This document shows positions 1 to 12,734 of a stretch of 64,000 nt of DNA, in pieces. Both the position numbers and the translations under genes were made by a program. The notes under the pieces were generated by a model, which searched no databases, had not been told where the DNA came from, and saw only the letters and a program-made list of their open reading frames with translations. Each line of letters opens with the position of its first letter. Within the stretch, counting starts at the first letter, position 1. The stretch comes from Microcoleus sp. (GTDB lineage: Bacteria > Cyanobacteriota > Cyanobacteriia > Cyanobacteriales > Microcoleaceae): contig JAYFMW010000008.1 of assembly GCA_042408215.1 (NCBI GenBank), positions 1 to 64,000 of the forward strand, written 5' to 3'.

Positions 1-37
1 TGTGATGGCCTAGCCTATAGTGTCTTCCCCAGCAATC

Positions 38-3000
38 TTACAAGAAAGAGCCACTATTAAGAGCAGTTTGATTCACATTATAAACCACTCCCAAGTAGTT
101 ATTCCCAGACTTAATCGCCGTTGATGCTACAGCAGTTGCACCATCTAAGATGATATTAACAGACTCAAAAGTTAGTTGACTGAAAGTGACACCAATCAAC
201 TTGATTTTATCATCGGAAGTGAAGTCAGCGATCGCATCAGCTTGAGATGGGTTAGTAGCCGTATATTGTAACACAAAGGTATCATTACCCGCACCACCTG
301 TGAGTACATCGAAACCTCGATCGCCCCACAATTCATCATCCCCATTTCCACCAATCAAGACATCATTTTCCTTACCCCCGCGTAAGAGATCGTTACCCTC
401 GCCACCCGTGAGAGTATCATTGTCATTATTTGCACTCAAGAAGTCATTCCCATTACCACCAGACAATTGATCCGATTTTTTCCCCCCAAACAAGTTGTCG
501 TTACCATCACCGCCATCAATGGTATCAGCGCCTTCGTTACCATAGATGATGTCATTCTCGGCACTTCCGGTCAATTTATCATTACCTGATAACCCGAATA
601 TAGGTTTACCAAATGCTGATTGTGGGATACTGGTATCATCTCCATCACTCAGTAGATATTGGTTATCTACCACTTGATTTTGTGGGAAATTAGTTGGTTC
701 ACCGCGATCGATAGTACCGACTGGTGGTGTGTTAATTGCGATCGGTGTGGGTGTCGGTGTTGGTGTTACCGATGGTGTTGGTGTCGGTGTTACCAATGGA
801 ATTGGTATCGGTTGCGGTGTTACCGATGGTGTTGGTGTTACCGGTGGTGTTACTGGTAGAGTTGGTGTTGGAGTCGGTGTTACCGGTGGAGTCGGTGTTA
901 CCGGTGGAGTCGGTGTTACCGGTGGAGTCGGTGTTACTGGTGGAGTCGGTGTTACCGGTGGTGTTACCGGTGGAGTCGGTGTTACGGTGGAGTCGGTGTT
1001 ACCGGTGGAGTCGGTGTTACTGGTGGAGTCGGTGTTACCGGTGGTGTTACCGGTGGAGTTGGTGTTACTGGTGGAGTCGGTGTTACCGGTGGAGTCGGTG
1101 TTACCGGTGGAGTTGGTGTTACTGGTGGAGTTGGTGTCGGAACCGGAACCGCAACATTAACGTTAAAAGTCCCTAAACTGGTAGCAGCATTAAAATTGCC
1201 AAGTGCATCTTTAACCTGACTTCCTTGTAACTTGACAGTGTAAGTTCCATTGTCAGCATCATCCCAACTTCCACCAGGAGGAATAAACGAATAAGTGGCT
1301 GTACGCGGCGTACCATTACTATTAGTATCGACACTGACAAATTGTGCAGGAATATCACCGCCAGACCAATTTATCAAAACATCAGAACTGTCCAAACTTG
1401 AAACATCGACAGCATTATTATCGCTGAAAGTCACTGTCAAACTTTGACTGGTTACTCCCGCTGTAGTAATGTCAGAAATTGCACCCAAGTTAGCAGTTGG
1501 TGCGGTAGCATCTACAATTGGTGCGGTGATATTAGCCTGACGAGTTAGTTGAGTTGCTGCGGTATTATTATTACCCGCAGTATCCGTAGCTTTAGTCGCC
1601 GGAATATCAACTGTGACATTACCATCCGCAGTGGGAGTCACATCAAAAGTGTAAGTTTTCGCATCTACTTTAACAAAGTTACTCGTAGTAGCATTGGCTA
1701 CGGTAATATCAGTAGTATCAAAGCCGATGACATCTTCAGTAAAGGTAGCAGTGACGCTAAATAAACCGTTAACTGTTGGTGCGGAAGTTGATGTTAAAGT
1801 AACAGTTGGTGCGGTAATATCAGCAAGTGCGAGTTAGTTGAGTTGCTGCGGTATTATTATTACCCGCAGTATCCGTAGCTTTAGCCGCCGGTATATCAAC
1901 TGTGACATTTCCATCCGCAGTGGGAGTCACATCAAAAGTGTAGGTTTTTGCATCTACTGCGACCAAGTTACCAACAGTTGCATTGGCTACAGTGATATCA
2001 GTAGTATCAAAGCCGATGACATCTTCAGTAAAGGTAGCAGTGGCGCTAAATAAACCAGTTACTGTTGCTGCGGAAGTTGATGTTAAAGTAACAGTTGGTG
2101 CGGTAAGATCAGCAGTGCGAGTTAGTTGAGTGGCTGCGGTATTATTATTACCCGCAATATCAGTAGCTTTAGCCGTGGGGACATCAACGGTGACATTACC
2201 AGTAGCAGTTGGAGTCACATCAAAAGTGTAAGTTTTGCATCTACTGTGACCAAGTTACCAACAGTTGCATTGGCTACAGTGATATCAGTAGTATCAAATC
2301 CTGTGACATTTTCGCTGAAGGTAGCAGTGACGCTAAATAAACCAGTTACTGTGGTTGCGGAAGTTGATGTTAAGGCTACTGTTGGTGAGATAATATCAGC
2401 AGTGCGAGTTAATTGAGTGGCTGCGGTATTGTTGTTACCAGCGGTATCTGTGGCTGTAGCAGCAGGGATATCAACGGTGACATTACCATCAGCAGTTGGT
2501 GTAACCGTGAAATTATAAGTTGTACCGCTACCTGTAAAATCGCTAATTGTACTGTTAGTTAGATTAACGTCAGTTGAAGCAAATCCTGTGACGGTTTCAC
2601 TGAAGGTTGCTGTGACTAGAAATGGTGCGTTTGTGGTGGTTGGGGATGTTGAGTTTAAGGTGACAGTTGGTGCGGTGATATCAGCAGTGCGAGTTAGTTG
2701 AGTGGCTGCGGTATTGTTGTTACCTGCTGTATCTGTTGCTGTAGCAGCAGGGACATCTACGGTGACATTACCAGTAGCCGTTGGTGTAACTGTGAAATTA
2801 TAAGTTGTGCCGCTACCTGTGAATCCGCTGACAGTGCCGTTAGCAACAGTCACGTCAGTGTCGATAAATCCTGTGACGGTTTCGCTGAAGGTTGCTGTGA
2901 CTAGAAATGGTGCGTTTGTGGTGGTTGGGGATGTTGAGTTTAAGGTGACAGTTGGTGCAACGGTTTCTACAACTATGGCTTTGCTATCAGCTAAAGATTG

Positions 3001-5298
3001 GCCCGCAGGAATAGTTAATGTTCCATTATTTGCCACAGCATCTCTTAAGGTTGCACCGGCGGCTAAAGTTATGGTTGTTGAGTTAAGGTCAGTGCTGTTT
3101 TGTCCGGCTGCTGGAGTGTATGTGCCAACCGCAGATGTGCCGGTGAAAGGTGCAATGGCGACAGTGCCGCCTGTGTCTAGGTTAACAGTCATGTTACCGC
3201 CTGCTAAAGTAACTGCTTCGCTGAAGTTGACGGTGACATTGATGTTACCAGTTGTGCCGTAACTACCATCGGTGGTGGTTGAGGTGACACTGGTGATGGT
3301 GGGTGCAACGGTGTCAATAACTATGGCTTTGCTACCACCAAGGGAATTAGTTGTGGCTAAGGCGGGAAGGGTTAAATCGACATTCGTAGCCAAATTATCT
3401 TTAATTGTGCCGCCATTGAGGGTAAGGGCACTTGTGGCGAGATATTCTAAGTCAGCAGAAGAATCCCCAGCTTGCACTACATAGTTGAAGGTGAGGGCTG
3501 TACCGCCACTACCACTAATATAAGTGGCAAATTGGTCAGTTGTACCCGTTTCTAGTTGCAGTCGGGGTGTGCCAGTGACGGTGACAGCAGCATCGAAGGT
3601 GGCGGTGATGGCGATAGTAGAACCGACACCGTAGCTGCCGTTAGCGGTGGTGGCAGTGACAGCAGTCACTTTGCGGGTGGTGTTGAGCAGGATGGAGGCG
3701 GTGTTGCCGTTCCGATTCGCCACTGCTAAGTCAGGTTTGCCGTCGCCGTTGATGTCGCCGATGCTGACGGATTGGGGGGTAGTGCCAGTTGTGAAATCAA
3801 CTTTGGTGGCGAAGGTGGGGGTGGTGGCTCCCGTGGTGGTGGTGTTGAGCAGGATGGAGGCCCTGGTGCTGTTAAAGTTCGCCACAGCTAAGTCTCGTTT
3901 CCCGTCGCCGTTGATGTCGGCGATGCTGACGGATTGGGGGGTAGTGCCAGTTGTGAAATCAACTTTGGTGGCGAAGGTGGGGGTGGTGGCTCCCGTGGTG
4001 GTGGTGTTGAGCAGGATGGAGGCGGTGTTGCCGTTCCGGTTTGCCACAGCTAAGTCGGGTTGGCCGTCGCCGTTGATGTCGGCGATGCTGACGGAGTAGG
4101 GGCCAGAGCCAGTTGTGAAATCAACTTTGGTGGCGAAAGTGGGGGTGGTGGCTCCCGTGGTGGTGGTGTTGAGCAGGATGGAGGTGGTGTTGCTGTTCAG
4201 GTTTGCCAAAGCTAAGTCTGGTTTGCCGTCGCCGTTGATGTCGCCGATGCTGACGGAGACGGGGCCAGAGCCAGTGGGGAAGTCAACTTTGGTGGCGAAG
4301 GTGGGGGTGGTGGCGGTGGTGGCGGTGGTGTTGAGCAGGATGGAGGCGTTGTTGCTGCCGTTGTTCGCCACTGCTAAGTCTGGTTTACCGTCGCCGTTGA
4401 AGTCGCCGATGCTGACGGAGCGGGGGCTAGAGCCAGTGGGGAAGTCAACTTTGGTGGCGAAGGTGGGGGTGGTGGCTCCGGTGGTGGTGGTGTTGAGCAG
4501 GATGGAGGCGGTGTTGCCGTTCCGGTTTGCCACAGCTAAGTCTGGTTTCCCGTCGCCGTTGATGTCGCGGTTGATGTCGTCGATGCTGACGGAGTTGGGG
4601 CCAGAGCCAGTGGGGAAGTCAACTTTGGTGGCGAAGGTGGGGGTGGTGGCTCCGGTGGCGGTGGTGTTGAGCAGGATGGAGGCGTTGTTGCTGCTGTAGT
4701 TCGCCGTTGCTAAGTCTGGTTTACCGTCGCCGTTGATGTCGCCGATGCTGACGGAGAAGGGGATAGTGCCAGTTGTGAAATCAACTTTGGTGGCGAGGCC
4801 TAGTATGCCACTGTAGGTTTTGAGGGTGGTTTCGGTGAGGGCAAGTTGAGGCCTTTGGGGGGATGGGGGGATGAGTTGGCGGATGTCCCAGTTTCCGCCT
4901 TTTTCCGCATTCCCGGTGGGGTTGGGGTTGGCCGCGATGTTTGCGCCTGTGAGTTGGTGTAATTTTTCGATAAATTCAGCCCCCGCGTCTCCTGCCGCGA
5001 CGGAACACCCATAGAGGAGAATCTGGCTTGCTGTCAGTCCCCATTGTTGCAGTTGGTTCGCGTATAGGCTCAGAGTATCGAGACTCAGTTGGGTATTACC
5101 CAGATAGAGGATACCCGGAGCCCCGTGAGAAAGGATATGAATTGCTTCAATATCTTTTTCTCCTGCCAAGGCATGAGTAATTTGCTCGATCGCGCTAAAA
5201 TTTTCATTTTAAATGAAAATTTTAGCGCGATCGATGCCGTCAATTAGGCTTTGATAGTCTTGTACTGAGGAGTCTACGAAAAGAATTTGCTTGTTCAT
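38..5298 (-). pseudogene. Large secreted/surface protein (DUF4347 + 7 FG-GAP/VCBS repeats + Ig-like repeats + Pro/Thr linker + RTX Ca-binding tail), disrupted
   Basis: ATG at 5298 (MNKQILFVDSSVQDYQSL) is in frame with ORF 2215..5169 but has TAA at 5209-5211. HILSHGAPG DUF4347 motif; 7x GDINGDGKPDL; TATDTAGNN Ig repeats; VTPTPP linker; GGxGxD nonapeptides in ORF 38..796. Single-base indels at about 2235, 1825 and 985 join ORFs 2215..5169, 1820..2218, 982..1641 and 38..796. Confidence 0.85.
758..1140 (-). repeat. 18-bp-type coding tandem repeat (VTPTPP linker)
   Basis: Repeated ggtgttaccggtggagtc units encoding a Pro/Thr-rich linker on the minus strand. Confidence 0.85.
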
Positions 5299-5357
5299 GT
5301 TTGTATATCGTCTGATAGTTTTTGCTGAGTCTTTAGATATGCATACCCGTTCAAAAT

Positions 5358-6175
5358 CTACGTTTCTTTTGCTTTCGCTACAATCGCACTAGCGCAGCTA
5401 TTTGTTGCCTCCGTCCAAAAAGATCGGCCATCAAATCGCTCAAACAAATCGGGAGGTAAAATCGTTGTTCTCGGTTTAAACTCGACTTGAGAACGCACTT
5501 GATGCAACCCTTTTGTTTTCAGTTTATTATCAAATTCTGGCTCTTGATATTCAACATTCTCGAAATCATGCTCGAAAGGTTCTTCACCCAGAAATTGATA
5601 AATTAATGACATGGTTTTAGCCGGCCCTTTGGTTAATAGATCGTAATCAACCAATAGAATAGATGCACTCTGTTCGCTGTAAAAAGCTTCTTTCAGGGCG
5701 TTATAGGCATAACCAACTAAACGCGAACCTTGACTTAATGCTTCCGTGCGACTGTAGCCCGTTCTGCTGGATAAAATAACCTCGAAACATCAAAGGCGTT
5801 GCGCGGAATTAGTAGCTCAATGCTATCCATTATCCAAGCAATATTCCTCACACAGCAGATGACTTTGGCTGAGGGAAATAGTTCCAGAATTAATGGCAAT
5901 TTGCTGCACCACAGGCGATTGGTATCAAAGATTACTTCTTTTTCAACTTGCGGGTGGTAATAGGCCGAAAAGATGCTCAGAATTAGCGCTACTTTTTGTT
6001 ACGGGTAAATAAATAAGGAACATTCATTGTCTTCGCTCATGGCTGACAACATTCGCTCTACTAAACCCCCCACTGGGCTAGTCATGGCCGCGTGAAACCG
6101 GGGATTTTGGCGCAATAAAGCGGCCAGTAAAGTAGATCCTGAGCGTGGTAGTCCTGAGATGAAATGGGCTTTCAC
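5358..6175 (-). pseudogene. Sulfotransferase family protein, disrupted
   Basis: Minus strand from GTG 6175 reads KAHFISGLPRSGSTLLAALLRQNP (PAPS-binding loop); in-frame TAA at 5999-6001; C-terminal part is ORF 5358..5654. Confidence 0.8.
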
Positions 6176-6349
6176 TGGCCTCGCGTTGCAATGGGGTTGT
6201 ATAAATTATATTCGATGTAACTATATCATACTAAGGGCATATGTTTTGAGATTATAAGTTTATTTAATATTTTTCAACACAACCTCAAGGTTTACGAGAT
6301 CTTTATAATCTAGACATGGTGAGTAGGGACACTCAAGCGTGCCCAAGGA

Positions 6350-6573
6350 GTGTCAACTTAACGTTAAACCCAGTCAGAGACTGCTGTTTGACTATTAAGG
6401 CCAGATCCCCCCGCATTCTTGCCCCCTACTCAACCCCTACTCCCCTGATAGTCGGGGAGTAGGGGGTGACTTTGAGCAAGTTCTTGTTCCCCCCTTCTTA
6501 AGGGGGGCTAGGGGGGATCTAGATTTAATAGTTAAACAGCAGTCTGTGACTGGGTTAGAAGTTAAGTTGACAC
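6350..6573. mobile_element. MITE-like element with GTGTCAACTTAA terminal inverted repeats
   Basis: Begins gtgtcaacttaac and ends gttaagttgacac; internal cccccttcttaagggggg palindromes; related copies at 12735-12933 and 59689-59909. Confidence 0.7.
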
Positions 6574-6654
6574 CTATGGGTTCTTGGAGTGTCCATACAA
6601 TATTATTTTGGGGTAGGGAAACGGCATTGCTCCGTTGCTCGCGAGCGCGAGGGA

Positions 6655-7278
6655 TTATTTTGGGGTAGGAAGAATTGCCAACCAAATTGGATAATTAGAA
6701 GAATCCTCAACTTTCAACTTTTGCGCTTGATAACTCTTGCTAGTCCAATTAGCTACTGTTTGCAGACTTTCTGTCAAAAAACTTTCGCTACCAAAGGCTT
6801 CAAATCCCAAAGTCCAGGACGGACTGCCATCAATATTCAATTGAGTAATTTCCACAATGCAGCCTTGGGGTATGGGCGCTTCTACAGGGACAGACATCAG
6901 CACACCGGGGGCAGAAACTTGGTAAAGACGCTGTGCTCGCTTTTTCTTGACTTTCACCCACTTTCCTGTCGCGATCAGATCCGCCGGCAGCGGCCCCATC
7001 GTGTCGGCACAAATCCACTTCAGCCATTTCTCGGCTTTCCCTTCCCAGCGGTTGCCGAAGTGCATCGTCCCCAATTCTCCCTGCCGCCACTTTACTTGTA
7101 AATTTTTTTGTCGCAATTTGACTCCCAAGTAGTCGCAGCTAGGTATCAGTAAATATAAATCTTCCCGTTCTTCAGGAGGCGACAGATACCCACCCAGACT
7201 TTCGCTTCCAAACCATTGCCCGATCGCCTTTGGTAACATTCCGTTACAAAACCACCGCATTTCCAGACTGGCCCGCAT
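6655..7278 (-). CDS. Conserved hypothetical protein, possibly CYTH-like fold
   Basis: ORF 6655..7299, ATG at 7278; ExRWF N-terminus, GVKLR..LQVK and VEIT..W.LGFEAF motifs. Confidence 0.6.
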   Translation of the reverse strand: MRASLEMRWFCNGMLPKAIGQWFGSESLGGYLSPPEEREDLYLLIPSCDYLGVKLRQKNLQVKWRQGELGTMHFGNRWEGKAEKWLKWICADTMGPLPADLIATGKWVKVKKKRAQRLYQVSAPGVLMSVPVEAPIPQGCIVEITQLNIDGSPSWTLGFEAFGSESFLTESLQTVANWTSKSYQAQKLKVEDSSNYPIWLAILPTPK

Positions 7279-7458
7279 AATGTTTTCCTCGCTTCCCAAA
7301 TTTTCTTCAAACCCAGACTGGATTTGCTAGATGCCTTCGACTCTTGAACCTCGCTGACTCTATCCTCCCCCGTCGGGGGCCCTGAGTCTACTGTCCTGAG
7401 TCTGATCTGGGCCCAAAAAAAAACTTTCTCACATTACTTTACATATCTTCATCAGTCT

Positions 7459-7476
7459 GTTACATTTATTTACAGT
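7459..7476 (+). promoter_or_regulatory. HLR1 element (RpaB site) upstream of hli
   Basis: GTTACATT-ta-TTTACAGT resembles the (G/T)TTACA(T/A)(T/A) direct repeat with 2-nt spacing; lies 27 bp before the hli ATG. Confidence 0.7.
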
Positions 7477-7494
7477 ACAAGAAAAGCAATTTAG

Positions 7495-7716
<222 letters not shown>

Positions 7717-7859
7717 TGATTTTCTTAAAAATTAAACTGGACGGCTATGGGTTGTAAGCGTTACGCAAACTGCAATCCATAGCTTAACTGTTTTTAGGGG
7801 TAAGGTTTGGTGGGATAATTAGAGACAAATATTTAACTGTCATTCGATCGCAAAAAATA

Positions 7860-8399
7860 ATGATCAAACGAATTGTAACCATACTTATGGTAGTTTTCGG
7901 CCTCACCTTGACCAGTTGTGTATCTAACGTCGTCGGACTCAAAAGCTACGTTGATACTGGCGACGGCTATCAATTTCTCTATCCCAACGGCTGGCTACCG
8001 ATTGCGGTTTCTAACGGCCCCGATGTGGTGTTTCGCGATTTGATTCAGCAAACCGAAAACGTGAGCGTAGTCATCAGTCCAGTCACCGGAAACAAAACTC
8101 TGGCGGATTTGGGAACACCGTCGGAGGTGGGTTACAAACTCAGCAAAAGTGCGATCGCCCCGAAAGATTCCGGCCGCGAAGCTGAGTTAGTCAATGCTGA
8201 ATCTCGCGAATCGCGATCGAAAAACTATTACATTTTAGAATACGCCGTCAAGCTGCCAAACCAAGAACGCCACAACTTAGCGAGCGTAGCCGTCAGCCGC
8301 GGTAAACTGTTTACGCTCAATATTTCCACTACCGAAGAACGTTGGCCGAAGGTGAAAGCAGCTTTTGAGAAAGTAGTTAAGTCTTTTTCTGTTTATTAG
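7860..8399 (+). CDS. psbP: Photosystem II PsbP (CyanoP) lipoprotein
   Basis: Lipobox LTSC; YQFLYPNGW, GPDVVFRDLI, ENVSVVIS, RGKLFTL motifs. Confidence 0.9.
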   Translation: MIKRIVTILMVVFGLTLTSCVSNVVGLKSYVDTGDGYQFLYPNGWLPIAVSNGPDVVFRDLIQQTENVSVVISPVTGNKTLADLGTPSEVGYKLSKSAIAPKDSGREAELVNAESRESRSKNYYILEYAVKLPNQERHNLASVAVSRGKLFTLNISTTEERWPKVKAAFEKVVKSFSVY

Positions 8400-8533
8400 G
8401 GCATTGGGCATTGGGCATTGGGCATTGGGTATGCGTTATGCGTTATTGGTTATTATAATGAACAAATAACAACCAACAAATAACAAATGACTAATGACTA
8501 ATGACCAATGACCAATGACTACTGACCAATGAC
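8400..8533. repeat. Short tandem heptamer repeats (STRR)
   Basis: (gggcatt)n followed by (aatgact/aatgacc)n. Confidence 0.7.
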
Positions 8534-8543
8534 TTCTTAACTT

Positions 8544-9194
8544 ATGAAAACTCCAACTTTTGTATTAGCCTCAGCTTCCCCAGCACGCCATAAACTGCTA
8601 CAAAATGCTGGCATTCAAGCTGTGATTTGCCCCAGCGATTTTGATGAAGGGCAAATACAAATGAGGGATGCTACTAAATTAGTCCAGGTTTTAGCAGAGG
8701 GCAAAGCTGACGCTGTAGCTGAGTTTTTGCGGGCTAATTCTCACCCCCAAATTCCCGATCCTAAATCCTGTTTGGTGTTGGGATGCGATTCAATTTTGGT
8801 GATTGATGGGGAAATTCATGGCAAACCGAAAGATACTGAAGAAGCAATTTCGCGCTGGGAGCAAATGTGCGGTAAAGTTGGCGAACTGTATACGGGTCAT
8901 GCTTTAATTGATACCAGATTTGATGACTTCGATGAGGCAATGGATCGATCGATCGTTCGCTGTCAAGTTACACGAGTTTATTTTGCGGAAGTTACCTCGC
9001 GTCAAATTGCTGCTTACGTTGCTACAGGGGAACCTCTCGCCTGTGCAGGCTGTTTTGCTCTCGAAGGTAAAGGCGGTTTTTTTATAGAAAAAATCGAAGG
9101 CTGTCACACGAATGTGATTGGTTTGAGTTTGCCTTTACTGCGACAAATGCTGCGCCAACTGGGATATGATGTGGCGGATTTTTGGCAATTTTAA
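8544..9194 (+). CDS. maf: Maf family nucleoside triphosphate pyrophosphatase
   Basis: [32 protein letters not shown] motifs. Confidence 0.92.
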   Translation: MKTPTFVLASASPARHKLLQNAGIQAVICPSDFDEGQIQMRDATKLVQVLAEGKADAVAEFLRANSHPQIPDPKSCLVLGCDSILVIDGEIHGKPKDTEEAISRWEQMCGKVGELYTGHALIDTRFDDFDEAMDRSIVRCQVTRVYFAEVTSRQIAAYVATGEPLACAGCFALEGKGGFFIEKIEGCHTNVIGLSLPLLRQMLRQLGYDVADFWQF

Positions 9195-9222
9195 TGTTTG
9201 CTGGATTTAGGTCACGATTGGT

Positions 9223-10140
9223 CTACGCATCTAACTCAAGAAACCGGGTTTTTTCTGGTTTCTACGACTGTAATGCGTCTTCTGGGCAAAAACCCGGTTT
9301 CTGACCTACGCATCTAACTCAAGAAACCGGGTTTTTTCTGGTTTCTACGACTGTAATGCGTCTTCTGGGCAAAAACCCGGTTTCTGACCTACGCATCTAA
9401 CTCAAGAAACCGGGTTTTTTCTGGTTTCTACGACTGTAATGCGTCTTCTGGGCAAAAACCCGGTTTCTGACCTACGCATCTAACTCAAGAAACCGGGTTT
9501 TGTCTGGTTTCTACGACTGTAATGCGTCTTCTGGGCAAAAACCCGGTTTCTGACCTACGCATCTAACTCAAGAAACCGGGTTTTTTCTGGTTTCTACGAC
9601 TGTAATGCGTCTTCTGGGCAAAAACCCGGTTTCTGACCTACGCATCAAAACCAAAGAAACCGGGTTTTTTCTGGTTTCTACGACTGTAATGCGTCTTCTG
9701 GGCAAAAACCCGGTTTCTGACCTACGCATCAAAACCAAAGAAACCGGGTTTTTTGGGGTTTCTACGACTGTAATGCGTCTTCTGGGCAAAAACCCGGTTT
9801 CTGACCTACGCATCAAAACCAAAGAAACCGGGTTTTTTCTGGTTTCTACGACTGTAATGCGTCTTCTGGGCAAAAACCCGGTTTCTGACCTACGCATCAA
9901 AACCAAAGAAACCGGGTTTTTTGGGGTTTCTACGACTGTAATGCGTCTTCTGGGCAAAAACCCGGTTTCTGACCTACGCATCAAAACCAAAGAAACCGGG
10001 TTTTTTCTGGTTTCTACGACTGTAATGCGTCTTCTGGGCAAAAACCCGGTTTCTGACCTACGCATCTAACTCAAGAAACCGGGTTTTTTCTGGTTTCTAC
10101 GACTGTAATGCGTCTTCTGGGCAAAAACCCGGTTTCTCAC
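9223..10140. repeat. Tandem array of 11 REP-like 83/84-bp units
   Basis: Units start at 9223, 9306, 9389, 9472, 9555, 9638, 9722, 9806, 9890, 9974, 10058; each has an AGAAACCGGGTTTT...AAAACCCGGTTTCT inverted pair; interiors nearly identical. Confidence 0.95.
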
Positions 10141-10156
10141 TACCCGCGCACAAATC

Positions 10157-11068
10157 CTATCCTAGGGCGATCGCCCCGTCAGACACAGAGGTAAACTGAA
10201 GTTGACTCGGCGAAACATCTTTCACCAAACCCAAGATATTGCCGGTGCTAGCTTCCCGAATCACCGTCGCCTGAGTATTTAAAACTCTAAACTCAGTAGT
10301 TCTAATCCCTCCCGGAGGAAAAGGCCCGCTGCTGTCGTAATCTCTAGCATCACCAATAGTTAAAAACCGTTCAGTCAAAACAACATCATTTCGCGTTATT
10401 CCTCCCGCCAATCCAATTACATCACCTTGAGATGGATTGTAATCGAGAATAAAATCGGCGGGCACTTCATCTACATTAAAATTGCCAGTGGGAAGCGGTT
10501 GAGCTGAACCAAATTCCCGCGAAGTTGCTCCCGTTTCTCTTCTGATGACAAACAAATCTGCGCCTTCGCCTCCCCAAAGTTTGTCAATTCCAGCATCACC
10601 AATTAAAGTGTCATTTCCACTGTCTCCTACTAAATTATCATTACCTTGACCGCCACGAATAAAGTCATTTCCCGTGCCTCCATAGGCGTAGTCATCCCCT
10701 TGATTACCGCTGAGAATGTCATTGCCACATTCTCCATAAATAATGTCAAAATCTTTACCGCCCCGAATAGTGTCGCTACCACAACCTCCGATTAAAGTAT
10801 CAGTCCCAGCATTACCATTCATTAGTTCCGCAGCACCGGAACCTCGGACAAAATCGTTGCCACTCAAAGCCCGCAAACCCCCTGGATTGTTGCGGAGGAT
10901 TCCGTTGGCTAGTTGAACAATATCGTCATTGAGAGTCAGGTCAAAAAAGTTGGGGTCGCCTTGATTTGGCAATGGCCCTGTTAATAATTTGATGTTGGGG
11001 GGATCGGGAATAATTGGGTTGGAGATTTCAGCTAATGCTCTAATTTCTCCCACAGTTGTTTCTAACAT
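10157..11068 (-). CDS. Hemolysin-type (RTX) calcium-binding protein
   Basis: Multiple GGxGxD/GNxGxD nonapeptides; 303-aa ORF. Confidence 0.85.
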   Translation of the reverse strand: MLETTVGEIRALAEISNPIIPDPPNIKLLTGPLPNQGDPNFFDLTLNDDIVQLANGILRNNPGGLRALSGNDFVRGSGAAELMNGNAGTDTLIGGCGSDTIRGGKDFDIIYGECGNDILSGNQGDDYAYGGTGNDFIRGGQGNDNLVGDSGNDTLIGDAGIDKLWGGEGADLFVIRRETGATSREFGSAQPLPTGNFNVDEVPADFILDYNPSQGDVIGLAGGITRNDVVLTERFLTIGDARDYDSSGPFPPGGIRTTEFRVLNTQATVIREASTGNILGLVKDVSPSQLQFTSVSDGAIALG

Positions 11069-11391
11069 CCTAGCTTTCTCCTATTTTGATTGACTTTGTT
11101 GACACTTGGATTTATAGAAAGGTTCCAATTGGTTATTAGTTATTGGTTATTGGTTATTAGTTATTGGTTACTGGTCATACCAATTTAATGGGTCGTTGCA
11201 CATATCCCGATCCCCCTAAATCCCCCTTAAGAAGGGGGACTTTGAATAAATCTTGTCCCCATCGCCTCGATCGCCCAAATCTGCAAATATTTTGAATTAT
11301 GAAGCAATAACTCTGGGGATCGCGTACTCTATTACCCGTCAGCAGTTAGTTGCGGAAAACCAACTGAATGCTAATTGTCATGAAACCTTGA

Positions 11392-12693
<1,302 letters not shown>

Positions 12694-12734
12694 CAATTGG
12701 CGATCGGGAATTCTCGTTCCCAGGCTCTGTCCAT

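Noticed and set aside
659..4699. Plus-strand ORFs over the adhesin gene
   Set aside because: Antisense shadows of repetitive coding sequence
6437..6685. ORFs containing SPLAPLKKGG-like text (also 12697..12891 and 59679..59870)
   Set aside because: Translations of MITE sequence
9568..10069. ORFs of 165 and 154 aa on both strands
   Set aside because: Arise from 84-bp (multiple of 3) repeat units; no start context
9223..10140. CRISPR array
   Set aside because: Inter-repeat sequences are identical rather than unique spacers; no cas genes nearby
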